From Squalus acanthias (Eukaryota), in NCBI GenBank assembly GCA_030390025.1, contig CM059438.1, positions 70,806,001 to 70,870,000 on the forward strand: a DNA stretch of 64,000 nt. Direction: 5' to 3'. The notes below the pieces were generated by a model. That model was given only the letters and a program-made list of their open reading frames with translations, was not told the origin of the DNA and searched no databases. The translations under genes and the position numbers were made by a program. This document shows, piece after piece, positions 1 through 13,700 of the stretch; within the stretch, counting starts at the first letter, position 1, and each line of letters starts with the position of its first letter.

Positions 1-202
1 TTTTAATCTAATTTCCCAATCTACCTTAGCCTTGCTAAAAAGTGAATTGATGCAATTTTTTTTACGGAGTAAGCATTGGGACTATAATTCTGCTATTGAA
101 ATGTGTGCATGAATAACAATTAAGTACTGCTACTCCCACTTTATGGAGCAGACTTCCAAAGAAATAACCAAGCTTGGGAAAAGAGTGAAAAAGATAATCA
201 TG

Positions 203-607
203 AAAGAAAGACTTGATTTTATATAGTGCCTCATCACCTCTCTCAGAAATAGTTCAAGATGTGCTTCCTGTACATGAGCTACTTTGAATTGCGGTGACTG
301 TTGAGCCACAAGCAAATGTGACAGCCATTTTGCATGCAGCAATATCCGACAAACATCACTGAGATGAATGATCAGTTAATTTGTTTTTGGGTGGTTTTTG
401 TTGAGGGAGGGATGTTGGTCAAGACTACCTTGTCTTCAGATAGTCTGATGGGATCTTTAATGCTCGTCTGAACGACCGGAGCAGAATAGAGTCAAAGTTC
501 AATGACTTATCTGAAAGACGGCATCTCTAGCAATGCAGTACTGCATTGAAGTGTCAGCTTAGATGATGTGGTCCAAGTCCTGGAGTGGGGCTCGAACCCA
601 CAACTTT
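203..607 (-). mobile_element. Diverged Deu-type tRNA-SINE with L2-like tail
   Basis: Reverse complement of the SINE at 46788-47222: tail aagaaagacttg..tttatatag and B-box ctcgaaccca near 591. Confidence 0.75.
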
Positions 608-1944
608 GAGAGGGTTAATACCTAAAGCCGATTATATAGCATCTTACACCAAAATATCCCAAAATACTATACACAATTAATTTTTGAAGTGCAGTAACTA
701 CTATGTAGCAGAGTACTTTGTTTTTAAATCATTAAACTGAATGCGTCTTCTGCCTTTTGCTCGGCTATGGCAGAATCTGTCTTTCATACTGTGTATTGGA
801 AGGACAGAAAATAATCTTTATTTTCAATTTATTTTATAATTAAACCAAGATGGTAGGGGTTGGTTCTGCATTGCATGCTGAGAATTCTTCTTATTTATAA
901 CAAACCATTTCCTGTCCAGCCTGGCCAAAAGTATTATGAAATGACCCAAAAGTGGCTGTACTTTTCTGAATAAAATAGCCTAAATTATAATTAGAAAATA
1001 TGATCCAGAATTAGCACTAGAGCTGTGCAAGCCTATACCTGAACCAAACCAAACTAAACTGAACTAACTGAAAATGTGGACCCTTGACCTCCAAGGGTCA
1101 AAATCTATAATTTTAACAGTATTTGCTGGAAGGCAGGAAATTCAAACCAGGTTGCCCTGGATTGTTCAGTGTAAAATGATGGTATTGTTCCTGTAGGAGT
1201 GATATATTATCCAATTTTAAGATTAAACATATTAGCAGAAACTCAAATGAGCATAAAAAGAAAAGAACTGCCCTAAATAGACTCTCCCCTGGATTAGTTC
1301 TGATAACAGTTTCTCTTGAATCCCACAGACATCCATGTTGCACTCTATGCCAGTTCAGTTGAGATGCGATTTCCCTTATCCCCAATCATCAAACTTCTTC
1401 GGGATTGTGTAGCGACATGTGAATGTAAAGTTTGCTAAGTTTCAATTTGCATCAAATTGGGCAATAGTGAACAAGAAGGCATGTGCTGAGAAGGAGTTTT
1501 ACCACAGCAGTGACTGTTCTTGGCACAAAGTGAAGCCAAGTGCTGAATACAATCACTCATATGTTAAAAGCATCAATATCCACATACCTTCAAGCTCACT
1601 GTTACTACCAGCTAGCCTTTTTTTAACATACGTGGTATGATAATTGGAATAACAATGAAATATATCTTGTTTTAAAGGGTAATTATAGTTCAGTATCAGG
1701 TACAAGGAATCATACGTACGGCATCAATTCACTGACTTTTTGTTTCCTAAATAATAGTAATTATAGGGTTCCACAGACTGTAAACATTACAGGCTACTAC
1801 TGTGTTTCATTGTGTAAATGAGCTGCGTGGGACTTCCCTTGAAAAACGTCATCCCTATCTGTTCACTACATTAAAATTAATGTATATCAGGAGTCCCCCG
1901 TGGAGTCCTGCAAATATCATTAATTGTAGACCAAAGAAGGTAAA

Positions 1945-2150
1945 AAGAAAATAATGGCGACATTGTTCAGAGCCCATCTGGAGTATTGTGTGTAGTTCAG
2001 GCCACCTAGCCAAAGGAAAAACATTCTTGTCCTTCTAAAAGGTACAGGAATGAGCAACTAAGACGAGCTGGGTCATCAGGAACTAAGGCCATGAGGAAAG
2101 GCTGAGTTAAGCTTCTTTACTTGGGAAAAGGGGAGAATTTGAGGTGATCG
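1945..2150 (+). mobile_element. Old CR1 LINE ORF2 3' fragment
   Basis: cccatctggagtattgtgtgtagttc encodes a PHLEYCV-like motif; heavily decayed. Confidence 0.55.
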
Positions 2151-4308
2151 AATGAAAACAGATTGACCATTGAAGGATTTTCTCTGTGGTCAGCCAGGTG
2201 CTTTACATGCTTGGAAATGCATCGCAGTGCTGAGGTCTCTCCAAACCAAGCTACTGGGAATTCAATGCAGTTAGACTTTCCATTTTGCCAAAATGGAATA
2301 CGCACTTTCTCCCCATTGGGACACACACCAATTACTTAAATCTGGAGAACCTAGATGTAGGTTGGCAAGAGCCCAGGCTTAGGGGCCACTTGCAGGACAG
2401 TAAATGATTCTTTGATGAGATGTTCTAAAGTAAGCTTGCTAATGGCCTGTTAGCCAATCCTAGCCTGATTCCCCTGTTGAGGTAATGCCACCTCCCACAC
2501 CCCTCCCACTCCATTCCAGTATACAGCTTCACTCTGAATTAAGTCCTGGATGAGAATGAGTTAACTACAGTAGATTGTAAAGCTCAGAGTAGAGCCTGTT
2601 CAAGTATTTCTTTTTCAGTTTTATTGTTCACTTCTCATAATGTTAACGGCTTAGCAGGTACACAGAGCACAGTTGAGGTTCAGATTGCTTGCTCAAGGAT
2701 TGCTGTCCTTGCTTGTAAATCTGCAGTTTTGCTGGCACCAACATGTTAGTCTTGTTTTTCTTTTTGTGTTGTTTTATATTTTCTCCACATGTTATCTTTT
2801 CCTATAAGATTGTAGTGTGAATATCAAGTCCAGCGCCAGTACTCCCTTCTAATAGCAGTCCTTGATACAGACAATCCCTCCTGTTTCTACTAGATGGCAG
2901 GACTCAATCTACCAATAGACTATCTTTTTGTAGTGTCCTCTATCTTGTCCCTAATCCAGCCCATTGGACACAGGCAACAAGATTTGAACTTGGAGGGTGA
3001 AAGGTAGCAGACTAGCACACACCGAGTAACTCAAATACCAATTCTTGTTTCTTGCCTGCAGCAAGACTGCATTCATTTTCTTCATAAGGAGTCAAATAGT
3101 TTGCTTTGTATAAGTTTCACTCTTAGAACGATACAAACAAAGCACACGAAGAATTCATTAAAGTTTCGATTGTTTTGTCTGTATTTGTTAGCAAAGCTCG
3201 AATGTTTGAATCCGATAAGACTGTCTTCGGTACTTATCGTGAACGAAAATATTAAAAGTACTTCATTGAATTACAGTGACATGTGTTTCTATTAGTCAGT
3301 TGTCAAACTTTTCTTTAGCATGCCTGCCAATATGTTTTGGAGCAGGATGTGTGAACAATCTTTAGAGAGACAGTGCCCTTTGTGTGAAGTGGGCCTGAAG
3401 TTGCCCCACAGCCTACAGCTATTCTCAGCTAAACAAGTAAAAAATCTAGGTTCATATTGAGTACAAACTCCACACATTGACTTCATTTTGGGCAGTGATA
3501 CATTCTAACAAAACCTCCCATTGTGCCGTGAACTACATTGTTTTCAAACAGTCCGACATTAGTAAAAACAATGTCCAGTCTTCCGTGGGCTGAGCATTTA
3601 TTAAATATTTCTTTTGGCAACAGTTTTCTTTTCCAAACAAGTGTGAGATATTAAATAATGAGCCATGTTACGTAACAAGTGGGCAACTTCCAGCAGTGAA
3701 GAATATACCTTCTCTGCTGTAACACCAGCTTGGACACCAGTTCATGCTTACTACCTTTAACCCATATGACTCTGGCAGACAACAACTTTTTTCCTGGAAA
3801 GAAAGTGGATAGGTAATTAATTATTTAAAGAATATAGGTATCGTCATAGCTGTTGATATAACACCGCATGTTTGCACAGGGAGTGTAATGAATCGTATGA
3901 AATCGGTGCAACATGGACACAAGAGGTTCTTGTCTATTCTGGCCTCCAAGTTGTATGACACCGGAACACTGGGTAGGGTATAGGTTTGCAAACCGTCCCT
4001 TTGTGTCCAGGATTTGGGTTCGATCCGAAGTCAGACTGAGGTATCACAATCTTCTTTTCCCTGCTTAAACTACGCATGCAGAATGAGGTTAGGCAGCGAC
4101 AAGGCAGTTTCAAGTGGGTATGACAATAAAGAGCAAAACTTCCTGTAATTTGGCATAAAACAAGCAGTCGCACTCATGTTGGCCACTGTGTTTATGGAAG
4201 GCCATTGGGTTTGTATGTAAAGTTAGACAATTGTTCTGAAATGCTGATAGCTCTAAGCTAGCATGAATCTCCTGAGGACTATACATGAACCCAAGATAGA
4301 GGCAGATG

Positions 4309-4478
4309 GAGCTTGGATTGAGACTCTCGTCGCAGCATTCTCAGAATAAACTTGAAAAGCATATTGCTATGTGTTTTTTTAATTCTTAATTATAGTGCAG
4401 AATTCCAGCCACTGGGCCTGACTGAGATCTACAGCTCCAACACCAAATTGCTGGAATACTCTGCACTGTTATGTTGTA
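4309..4478. repeat. Left arm of a ~170-bp inverted duplication (partner 6551-6716)
   Basis: gagcttggattgagactc...cactgggcctgactgagatctacagctc...atgttgta is the reverse complement of 6551-6716 with scattered mismatches. Confidence 0.9.
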
Positions 4479-4907
4479 AAGCGCAGCCTGTGGAGCGGCA
4501 GTGAATGACTGACCGCAACTTCAGGATTTCGGCAATAAGCTGCGCATGCACTAAATCCTGAAGGATGCAGGTCAGTTTCAAAGGCGAAATGATGGCAAAC
4601 GCTGCCAGTTCGCCGTCATCAGGACTGCCAATTCCAGGCCATTGTTGATTAGTGTCGAGGAAGCTACATCTATTCTTTAAGTAACATGGGATCCCAAAGA
4701 GCACAACGGCGTGTAGATTTAACACAAATATTCTGCTGAGAAATGTTGATGCTTTCATTGTAAGAAAACCACTGTCCCTAAAGTCATTGGCCTGTAGGCC
4801 CAGGACCGGAACAGTCTGAAGCTCCGGAGACACAAGATAAGTACGTAGTTTTCTTGCGGTTCGGAGGCGTACGTGGGCGGCAAGCCTCCAACCGCAATTT
4901 CCAGGCC
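4479..4907. mobile_element. Truncated Harbinger-type non-autonomous element (right end only)
   Basis: CpG-rich with a gcgcatgc hairpin. Ends aatttccaggcc followed by aat, like related elements; no left TIR seen. Confidence 0.5.
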
Positions 4908-5027
4908 AATGTGATTCATGTGACTTTTTCATGTGTGTCATACTCCAGACTATCAGTACATTGGCACTGATGTCCTGGCTGCTACTCTCTGCAGTTCCTT
5001 TCCTAAACTCCTCTACCGCACTCTCCA

Positions 5028-5895
5028 GCCGTAATTTTGCATAAGGTGTCGGGATGGGTGTGTGTCAGCTGGTTTCCGGGTTCCGGTCCCGCCCCCAGCT
5101 GCCTCCGCTCCACAGATGTGATTTTCCCTTGATTGACCTTGTTAAGCCCGCCGGTCTTAACGGCCAATTAACAGGAAGCGGGTCTGATGACGTCATTTGA
5201 TGACGTGTCATCTGCCGGTTTCCTTAAAGGGACCATGCACAATTTTATTTTGACAGTTGATTTCTCAGTGTTTGACAGCACTGAGGTGCTGAAAACACTG
5301 ACAATCACTGCACAAAGGTGAACTCTTGCACCCAGGCTCTCCAATGACTCCCGTCATATGCTGCAATAGATGGCAACTGCAGGTGAGATGACAGAAGCGA
5401 TCTGTCACTGGTGAGAGAGGTTCTCCCAATGAGGTGGCACTTGACATATAGTTGGATTTAAAAACTTGTAAGCTAAAGAAATCTGTATATGTTTTAAAAA
5501 TGCAGTAACCAACATTTCCTTTGCTCTGAAACTCACCCTGTGCAATATTGCATCCTTCACACCACTTCTGCAGCTGTCATCTTTTCACAAACATTACACC
5601 AGACTCACAGCACGCCACACTACTGGCGTGGTGTCCGGACGTCGGGAAAACCGACCCAGAAGCGGGAAAATTGAAAAACAGCCTAAAAACTACTGACACG
5701 TACCTGTTAATAGGCAGGCAATTGCCTTTAATCCGTTTCCCACCGCTAGTTGCTGGGTCCATTCGCAAATCGGGGACCCGACACTTGGGAAAGCTGTTTG
5801 GAGGCGGGTTGACGGCGGGTTCGGGACCCGCCGTCAATCAGTAAGACTTTAACCTCTGACCCTTCTCTCTGAGCGCCTGCAAAATCACGGCCCCC
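5028..5895. mobile_element. Harbinger-type non-autonomous DNA transposon
   Basis: TIRs gccgtaattttgca / tgcaaaatcacggc. The subterminal block attttcccttgattgaccttgttaagcccgcc is shared with 29459-30287 and 31993-33223. Confidence 0.7.
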
Positions 5896-6080
5896 AATCT
5901 CTCTTTTCTCCTTTAAAAGCTTCCTCAAGACCTATCTCTTCAACCAACTGTGTGGCTAATCCTCCTAATTTCTCCTTTCCTGGCTCGACGTCTGTCTTCT
6001 GTATGCCTATGTGTGAAGTTCCTTGGGACGTTCGCTATGTTAATTAAAGGCACAATCTGAATGCAAGTTTTGCTGTTGCT
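5896..6080 (+). mobile_element. L2 LINE 3' tail fragment
   Basis: Similar to 39870-40045; ends atgcaagttttgctgttgct. Confidence 0.6.
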
Positions 6081-6550
6081 GTTTATGATAAATCTGTCTG
6101 AAATTAATGGAAAAATGAAGTAAACTAAAAAGATTTTTTTTCAACATGAAGCCTGTTATATAAATAATACACCTTGTGGGTTGATGGTTCATTTGGGTTA
6201 CACACAGCATCTCACCTGGTCTGCGGTGCGTGTAAGTAATGTGTCACTAAATACTTCTTTTTTTCTATAAATTGCCCATCCTTGGAAGTGATCTTGTATA
6301 TCAATTATGTTTCTCAAAGCTTTAGTGCGACCATTTGTGTGAAAAATAGTTGGAGCAGTCCTGCGATTATTATGACTTGTTGCTAACAGTCAAGTGGGAC
6401 CCACAAGATATCACCACAATAGTAGTGGGAATCATTTTAACATTAAAAATAAGCACCTGTTTTCTTTTAACTAACATCTGTAGAAATTATTTTTTGTACT
6501 TTACTAATAATAACTACTATGAGATGTAATAAAAATAATTTATGGACTCA

Positions 6551-6716
6551 TACAACAGAACAGTGCAAAGTATTCCAGCAATTTGCTTTTAGAGCTGTAG
6601 ATCTCAGTCAGGCCCAGTGGGTGGAATTCTGCACTGTAATTAAGAATAAAAAACGCATAGCAATATGCTTTTTAAGTTTATTTTGAGAATGCTGCGAAGA
6701 GTCTCAATCCAAACTC
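6551..6716. repeat. Right arm of the ~170-bp inverted duplication (partner 4309-4478)
   Basis: tacaacagaacagtgca...gagctgtagatctcagtcaggcccagtgg...gagtctcaatccaaactc. Confidence 0.9.
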
Positions 6717-7121
6717 TAATGGCCATGAACCCATGGCACAAAACTGCCTGTTAGTTCCCATAAATTGAACTAATTGAGCAATCCTGTTCAATGTTAAAGG
6801 TGCTGCATAAAGGTAAGGTGTTGTTGGTGTTGAGAAGCCCTAATGATAGTATGTGTGGGAAACAGAGGTCATGCTTTTGTAGTTGTTCATGCTCTTCATT
6901 TCAGGCATGCTGTTAGGGTGGTGTAGAGAGAGCTTATCTACCTTACACTTCAGCTGACCCTGGAGCGCTTGACACTGAGAGTGAATGGAAAAAGCACCCT
7001 TCCATAAATAATTCCCTGGGACCACTTTCCTACCGTGCAAGGTGTTGACCAGTTCACCGCTGGGAAAACATTTTCCCTTCATCAGCTTACCCAGAACCTG
7101 ATTTTAAAGAGCAACCTTCTG

Positions 7122-7728
7122 CAACAATGACAACAACAACTTGCATTTACGTCACGCCTTTAACGTCGTGAAACGTCCCAAGGCGCTTCACCGGAGTCTT
7201 ATCAAAGAAAATTTGACACCGAGCCACTTAAGGAGGTGTTGGGACAGCTGACCAAAAGCTTAGTCAATGAGGTAGGTGCTAAGGAGCGCCTTAAAGGAGG
7301 AGAGAGAGGTAGAGAGGCGGAAAGGGTTAGGGAGGGAATTCCAGAGTCTTGGGCCCCGCCAGCTGAAGGCATGGCCGTTGACAGTGGAGCGATTAAAATC
7401 GAGGATGGGCAAGAGGCCAGAATTGGAGGAGCGCAGATATCTCGGAGGGTTGTAGGGCTGGAGGAAGTTACAGAGATAGGGAGGGCAAGGCCACGGAGGG
7501 ATTTGAAAACAAGGATGAGAATTTTAAAATCGAGGCATTACCGGACCGGGAGCCAATGTAGGTCAGCGAGTACAGGGATGATGGGTAAACGGGACTTGGT
7601 CCGAGTTAGGACACGGGCAGCAGAGTTTTGGATGAGTTCAAGTTCATGGAAGGTGTGAGACTGGCCAAGAGAGCATTGGCATAGTCAAGTCTAGAAGTAA
7701 CAAAGGCATGGATGAGGGTTTCAGCAGA
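7122..7728 (-). mobile_element. L2 LINE 3' fragment
   Basis: (caa)n tail plus ttgcattta..cgcctttaacgt; near-identical in layout to 31266-31880 (THAFVTSRLDY..ALLA on the minus strand). Confidence 0.85.
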
Positions 7729-8974
7729 AAAAAAGAGCCCTCTTAAAAACATAGAAAAAATTCTTTAATAAAAGAACTAGGAACGGTAGGGTAGGGGGGG
7801 TATGCTTTTGGAGTTAATTGCAGCCACAAATATTTAGCAATAAGTTTTGGAGCTACAAAACACAAGCAGGAAAGTTATTGTTAGACTAAAAACTAATGGT
7901 TCCTTCACAAAATATTCTTTCTGTCAACAGTCTCTAATGTGAAGCACATATCATTGCACCTTGGAAATATATTTTGTGATATATTCAACATATATTTTAC
8001 CTGTAAATAGATAATTATTTTATTATATCTTTGGATATGTAGTTTCTATGTTATATTTTAGCATTTTGTTATAACCATGACATCTGGCATACAGGATATC
8101 GCGAATTGCTGCCTCATTGATAAAGAAACCTAGTAAAATATCTTCTATATAAAGTGTCTCCTCTGACAAACTATTGCAGATTACATTACAGAAAGGATTT
8201 ACTGTTCTCAGAAACATTAGAATCTAATTTAATGAGCATTTTCAGACATTTATGGGCTGTAGGATTTGACTTTTAGGAAATATTTTTAATGTTTATAAAT
8301 TATACTTCTGAGAAAGAATACCGACATTTTTTTGTTTTGGTGGGAAAGCTTGTTCTTGTTTCTTCATAGGGAGTCAGTGAACATTATTCATAATTCAAAA
8401 TGTATGGTTTCAATCTAATTGCAGGTTGTTTATGAATTCCTCTGTGTGTTTAAATTTTAGGATTAAAAAAACCATAGTCATAATTTATAGTACAGAGCAG
8501 TTTTGGAAATGTTCCAGTGCTAACTTGAAATTTGAAAGCTTTTACTGAATTAGCAATTATGGGCATCTTAGGCTTTTAAATTCACTAATGACAATTTTTA
8601 AGCTTAAAACAAAATGGTAGACACCCAAATATTTCTTTCACTCCGAAAGATTTAAGGTTTATAGGTTTGCAGTTCAGGTGGGTGAGATTATCATGGTATG
8701 GATTGTTCACCAATCTGCAACCTTACTTTGACCTTCATACTGGGTATGAAATTTCTCTGGATGCCATTACATTGCAATCATACTGGAACAAACTTAAAGA
8801 TGTGCTTGTTTAAGGTGCTGTGGTGGTACCTTGTGTTGGTACTCTGAACATGTGGTGCTATGAAGTTGTGCAAAAACAGCTTTGGGTCTGTGCTCTTGCA
8901 TATATGCATTTTCGATCTCACTTCTCCCATTGGGGAGTCAGGGGGAGGTATACCAAGTGGAGGCTAAGACTTCC

Positions 8975-9260
8975 TCTCCAGGATAGAAGGAACATCCTTT
9001 ATCAGGAATTTAAGTTATGAGGAAAGGTTAAAGAAGTTGGGCTTATTCACCTTGGAAAAGTAAAGACTTGGAAGTGACCTCATTGAAAAATTTCAAGATT
9101 ATGAATGGGATTGACAAAGTTTATCCCAGAAGGTTTTTCACTATGAAGAAGGGTTCAAATACCAGGAGACACAAGATAAAAATTAGGAAGTTAGAAGTAT
9201 TTTTTTGGCGCAAAAGGCTAATAGACTTGTGGAATAAATTACCTGGGATGGCTGTTACTA
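8975..9260 (+). mobile_element. Old CR1 LINE 3' fragment
   Basis: SYEERLKKLGLFTLEK and ...LWNKLP remnants. Confidence 0.65.
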
Positions 9261-9676
9261 TTCTGGATTTTTTTTTAAAGTACCATTTTACATTCCGAGG
9301 ATCTCACGGCGCTTCCTGTTAGTAAACCTCATCCTGTAGCAATGTGAAAGCTATACATTTCTTGTTGCTTGCCCTCACTGTATGCTCCCTTCCCCCTCTC
9401 CCCATGCCTAATAACTAATACAATGGTAGCAAATTGCTTGTTGGAATATAAGTAGCACATGCTCCAGTTTACTTTCGAATGGTGGAAATATCGAACACTA
9501 GATCAGAGTTTACGTGCTAAAATTAACTATTGTATTTATTTCTCAATTAACAATCCAATCTCCTTTATAAACAATTAACATCGCCATTGTCATTTTTTTT
9601 TTGGTTACACTGAATCTGCCTTTTTATTCCAGGATGCAGCAATGGCTTTGAGTTGATCTTTCAGTTGAACTCACTA

Positions 9677-9802
9677 AACAACAACTTGCATTTATATAGC
9701 ACCTTGAACATAGTAAAAATGTCCCAAGGCGTTTCACAGGATCGTTATCAAACAAAATTTGACACTGAGCCACATAAAGAGATATCAGGACAGGTGACCA
9801 AA
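9677..9802 (-). mobile_element. L2 LINE 3' tail
   Basis: acaacaacttgcatttatatagcacc...caggtgaccaaa, same family as 7122 and 31266. Confidence 0.8.
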
Positions 9803-9911
9803 TGTCAGAACAGCAAAAGCCACTCGTTCATAAACCCAGATTCTCTTTTGACTATAGAATTACAAATCGTCAGGCCACAAAGGCATAATTCCTCCTAATG
9901 CTAAACACAAT

Positions 9912-10677
9912 GGGCCGTATATTCCGATGCCTACGGGTGTGTACGTGCTGTGTACACACCCGTAGCGACATTGGAAATGCCGATTTCAGGCATGCCAAGC
10001 GCATGCGCTGAAAACCGGCATTTCCGATTTGTCAAGAATGCTCTTGACAGATCAGACACCTGCCCTAGAGAAGGGCCTCTGCGGGCGGATAGTTCCACTT
10101 TCTAGAGAACCTCCGCCCGCAGAAAACCCTTAGAAATCTTACGCCTGGTAAAAGCAGGCGTAAGGCCTGCTTTTACCAGGATAAGAGTTGAAAAATAGTT
10201 TTTTTTTAAATTAAATTTTTTTTTACTCATTTATCATTTAAAAATACTTTAAAAAAGGTAAGTTTATTTTTAGCCCCGTAAAAAACTTCAATTATTTTTT
10301 TCAAAATATTAAGTTTTTGTTTAAAATATTTAATTTATTGTAATTTCAACTCATTTTAAAAATGTGATGTTTTTTTAAATTTATTTAATGTTTTACAGTG
10401 TTTTTGGGGTGATCTCCATTCATATATTTGACAGGTCTATCTGTCAAGTGTATGACGGGAGATTCCCTTCTTCTATTGGCTCCCCATTGCCCACGTGATC
10501 CCAGGGACGCTTGCGAACTGCCTGCGCCTCTGGGATACGGGGGCCCTGCGCATTTCGAGTTGGAGAGGCCCAGGAACGGAAGTATACGCACCTCGGGAGT
10601 CCTCAGGTAAGTCCATAGATTTTTTCCAGATCGGAGGCCTCCGCACGCAGGAAGCCTCCAATCGGAAAATACGGGCC
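9912..10677. mobile_element. Harbinger-type MITE with AT-rich core
   Basis: TIRs gggccgtatattccgat / atcggaaaatacgggcc and AAT TSD on both sides. An inverted copy lies at 54481-55183. Confidence 0.85.
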
Positions 10678-12974
10678 AATGTTATAAACATACAGCACCA
10701 CATTAACCCTTTATAAAATACAATGATGACAATATTCACAATAGAATGCAGCTATGCACTTTTAGCAGGGCTATCTATTTATTTGGTCAGCTGTGATTGT
10801 CCAACATGATACGAACTTTTTGAAAACTACATTGATGAAACTATCCACCGTAGAATACTGTTGTGGCACTCCAGCTAGGAGGTCTGGCAATTTACCCAGC
10901 TGGGATCGTCCACTGTCAAACATGCTCAACCACCATCTCTCACACTGCACTTAATTTCACACATTATCTCATCATCTTAATGAAACAGCTAATTTGGCAG
11001 ATGGATTCGAATCGATCTGACACTTCAAAACTGAATATGCACAAGCCAAAAACAGCAAAACTGTCAACTTTCATCATAATTGGGCCGTGTCGATTAATTC
11101 AAGAAGCAACGAGGTGTGTACTTCTGGAGAGGGATGGGGTATGGTAAGAAGGCAGTTAGGTAAATTTGAGATCTATCAACAAGATTCAGGCTTGTTGATT
11201 CCAAAGGGCTTTCTGATTCCTAAAAGTTATTCTAAAAGCAGCCGGGAAAATGTTGTGATACGATGAGGTTGTGCAATACAGTGAGACAAATCAGTGTGAT
11301 TTATATCATTGCATCAACTTTTTTTGCATATTCATCCCAAAGGTTTTCCAGGGTTTTCCATAAGGATCGTGGATGCTCCTTTCTACTTAATAACATTAAT
11401 GGCAAATGATCTTTCAAAATTTTGGAATTTAGGTCAATATAAACAAACATGCTTGTGTGTACATAGAGTTGATTTTGTATTTCTGTATGATATTGTGTAT
11501 TTTTTTTCCAAGTTTCCTGTCAGGTATTCTGTTTCCTGGTTTGCTATTATTAATGAAGTGTACCATTTAGGAATATATCTCTTGGGTCTGTGGCTTAGGG
11601 AAAAAAATTCTATACACAAACACTTTTTTTAATCGGCCTCATGTCAAGTGCTGGAGCTAAGCCTCGGCTCACTGAATCTATGCTCATTAAATGGAATTAC
11701 ATGCCAGCCCCAAGGAAACAATGGTATTGCCAACTTGTGAGTATTCCCGGGTATCATTAATGTGGGACTATCTGAATAATTAGTTCAGAAATATCATCTG
11801 TCCGTTGATTTATTACTTACCTAAAATCTCTCCATTTAGAATAAATTGAAGGTTACAACTGTTTTGTCATCCGTTTTGACTCTATTACTGCAAATTGCCC
11901 TCATTGTAAAACAATATTTTGAGGATATAATTGACTTGTTTTAAAAAAAGAAAATTCACCCTTTATGAGCTGCAAGAATGTATGGTTGATATTAGAATTG
12001 AGGGAGATCTTTGCAGAAGAAAGTGTCTTTGTCATTAAACATTGATGTACTAATGCAATGTGCCACTGAGTGATAGGATGCAGGCTTTTGCTTCCATCAT
12101 AGAGATGAGATGGCATATTGGAGCGAGACTACCTTGCACACCTTCTACAAGCCAATTAAAGAGATGCATCGGTATTTACAAATTGCTGCCATACGGTTCG
12201 GCAGCTTTAGCCCAGGATATCTGCTTTCTAATCACCTCTTTGTCAAAGAATGGGATTTGGGCAAAGAATAGTTTCTCAAATAGGGCAACAAGAAAGATAG
12301 TGTAGGAAGAAGAAGGCATTCGGTTTGTGATGCAAAGACTAAAAGGTTCCTGTAATAATTCTTGGTTGATGGCGTGATTCTTATCCTGAGTTGTTACATC
12401 TACTGTACATGTTTGAGGAAACAGTGTTGATGAACAATGCTAAATTATTTTAAAATTGTATATAGGCCATAGTTTTGCTATGATTTTCAACTGTATTGGC
12501 TGGCAGGATGGAAAAATGCTCTTGATGGTAACAAAGGGGTAATCAACCAGTGCCATGATTTTAAGTCAAAGTCTGTTGGTTATGTTGCTCTCTGGCATTA
12601 CTTCCACCAGTATCCACCATTTCTTTTTGTCCCTGACCAACCTACGTTGTAGTCCTCTCCTTAACAAGAAGTCTTCTTGCTAGTCTCCCAGACACCGGGA
12701 CTTATCCGCAGAATAGAGCTTTTGATTTCCTGGTGTCAGTTGTTGCTTTACCATTACATCTGCAATGCCCTGCACTGCTGCCAGAATTCACAAGGTAAAT
12801 CTTGTGTTGCTCCCCATCGCATCATTCTGATTATATCTTGAATGAGTCTAAAGTTTTTGCCTGCACCCGCTGACCCAGAAATCTATTCATAGTATTGATT
12901 ATTCTTTCCATAAAGAAATTCTCCCTAACATTTCAACATTCATTTCACCTATGTCCTCTTGCCATAGCATCCTG

Positions 12975-13305
12975 GAGTCTTTCGGATGAGACGTTAAACC
13001 GAGGCCCCGTCTGCTCTCTGAGGTGAACGTAAAAGAACCCATGGCACTATTTCAAAGAAGAGCAGGGGAGTTATCCCCGCTGTCCTGGGCAATATTTATC
13101 CCTCAATCAACATAACAAAAACAGATTATCTGGTCATTATCACAGTGCTGTTTGTGGGAGCTTGCTGAGCGCAAATTGGCTGCAGCGTTTCCCACATTAC
13201 AACAGTGACTCCACTTCAAAAAATTACTTCATTGGCTGTAAAACGCTTTGGGATGTCCGGTGGTTGTGAAAGGCGCTATCGAAATGCAAGTCTTACTTTT
13301 CTTTC
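12975..13305 (+). mobile_element. 5'-truncated Deu-type SINE
   Basis: Deu-domain-like gtctttcggatgagacgttaaaccgaggccccgtctgc and tail aggcgctatcgaaatgcaagtct. Confidence 0.85.
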
Positions 13306-13309
13306 TAGT

Positions 13310-13700
13310 GTCCTGGCTTATATTGAAGTTGTGCTTCAGGCACCTTATCAGTGCCATTTAATGTATACTTCTATTAGGTTCCATCACAATTGCCTCCTTA
13401 AAAGGCTAAAATCCTCAATTTATCTGGTTTTCCTTGTGAAACAGTCCATTGATACTGGAGATCAGCCTCATGGCTCTTCTTTGAACAGCCTCCATGGCTT
13501 GAATGTTTCCCTCAGGTTTTTGTGATCAAAACTGAACGCAGTACTCAAACCAGGTATGACCAAGGCACTGTACACTTTTAGTATGATATCTATTGACTTA
13601 TACTCAACTGACCTACCAATATAATTAAACATTCTGTTTGCTTTGTTTGTTGCTGCTCTATAGTAATTTACCATGTTAAGTACTGAATCTGCTCTGACAC
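13310..13700 (-). mobile_element. Old CR1 LINE fragment
   Basis: ORF 13468-13734(-) has KANRMFNYIGRSVEYKS..ILKVYSALV. Confidence 0.7.

Noticed and set aside
4574..4622. Minus-strand CUGAUGA...GAAAC with an intervening hairpin
   Set aside because: Extra unpaired bases flank stem II (C before, UUU after) and no convincing stems I or III are seen; likely a chance match within a MITE.
4429..4941. 170-aa minus-strand ORF
   Set aside because: No recognisable motif; it overlaps a MITE fragment and the duplication arm.
10604..10612. Perfect CAG|GTAAGT as a recursive splice site or cryptic exon end
   Set aside because: It lies within a MITE and lacks an upstream polypyrimidine tract; unsupported without RNA data.
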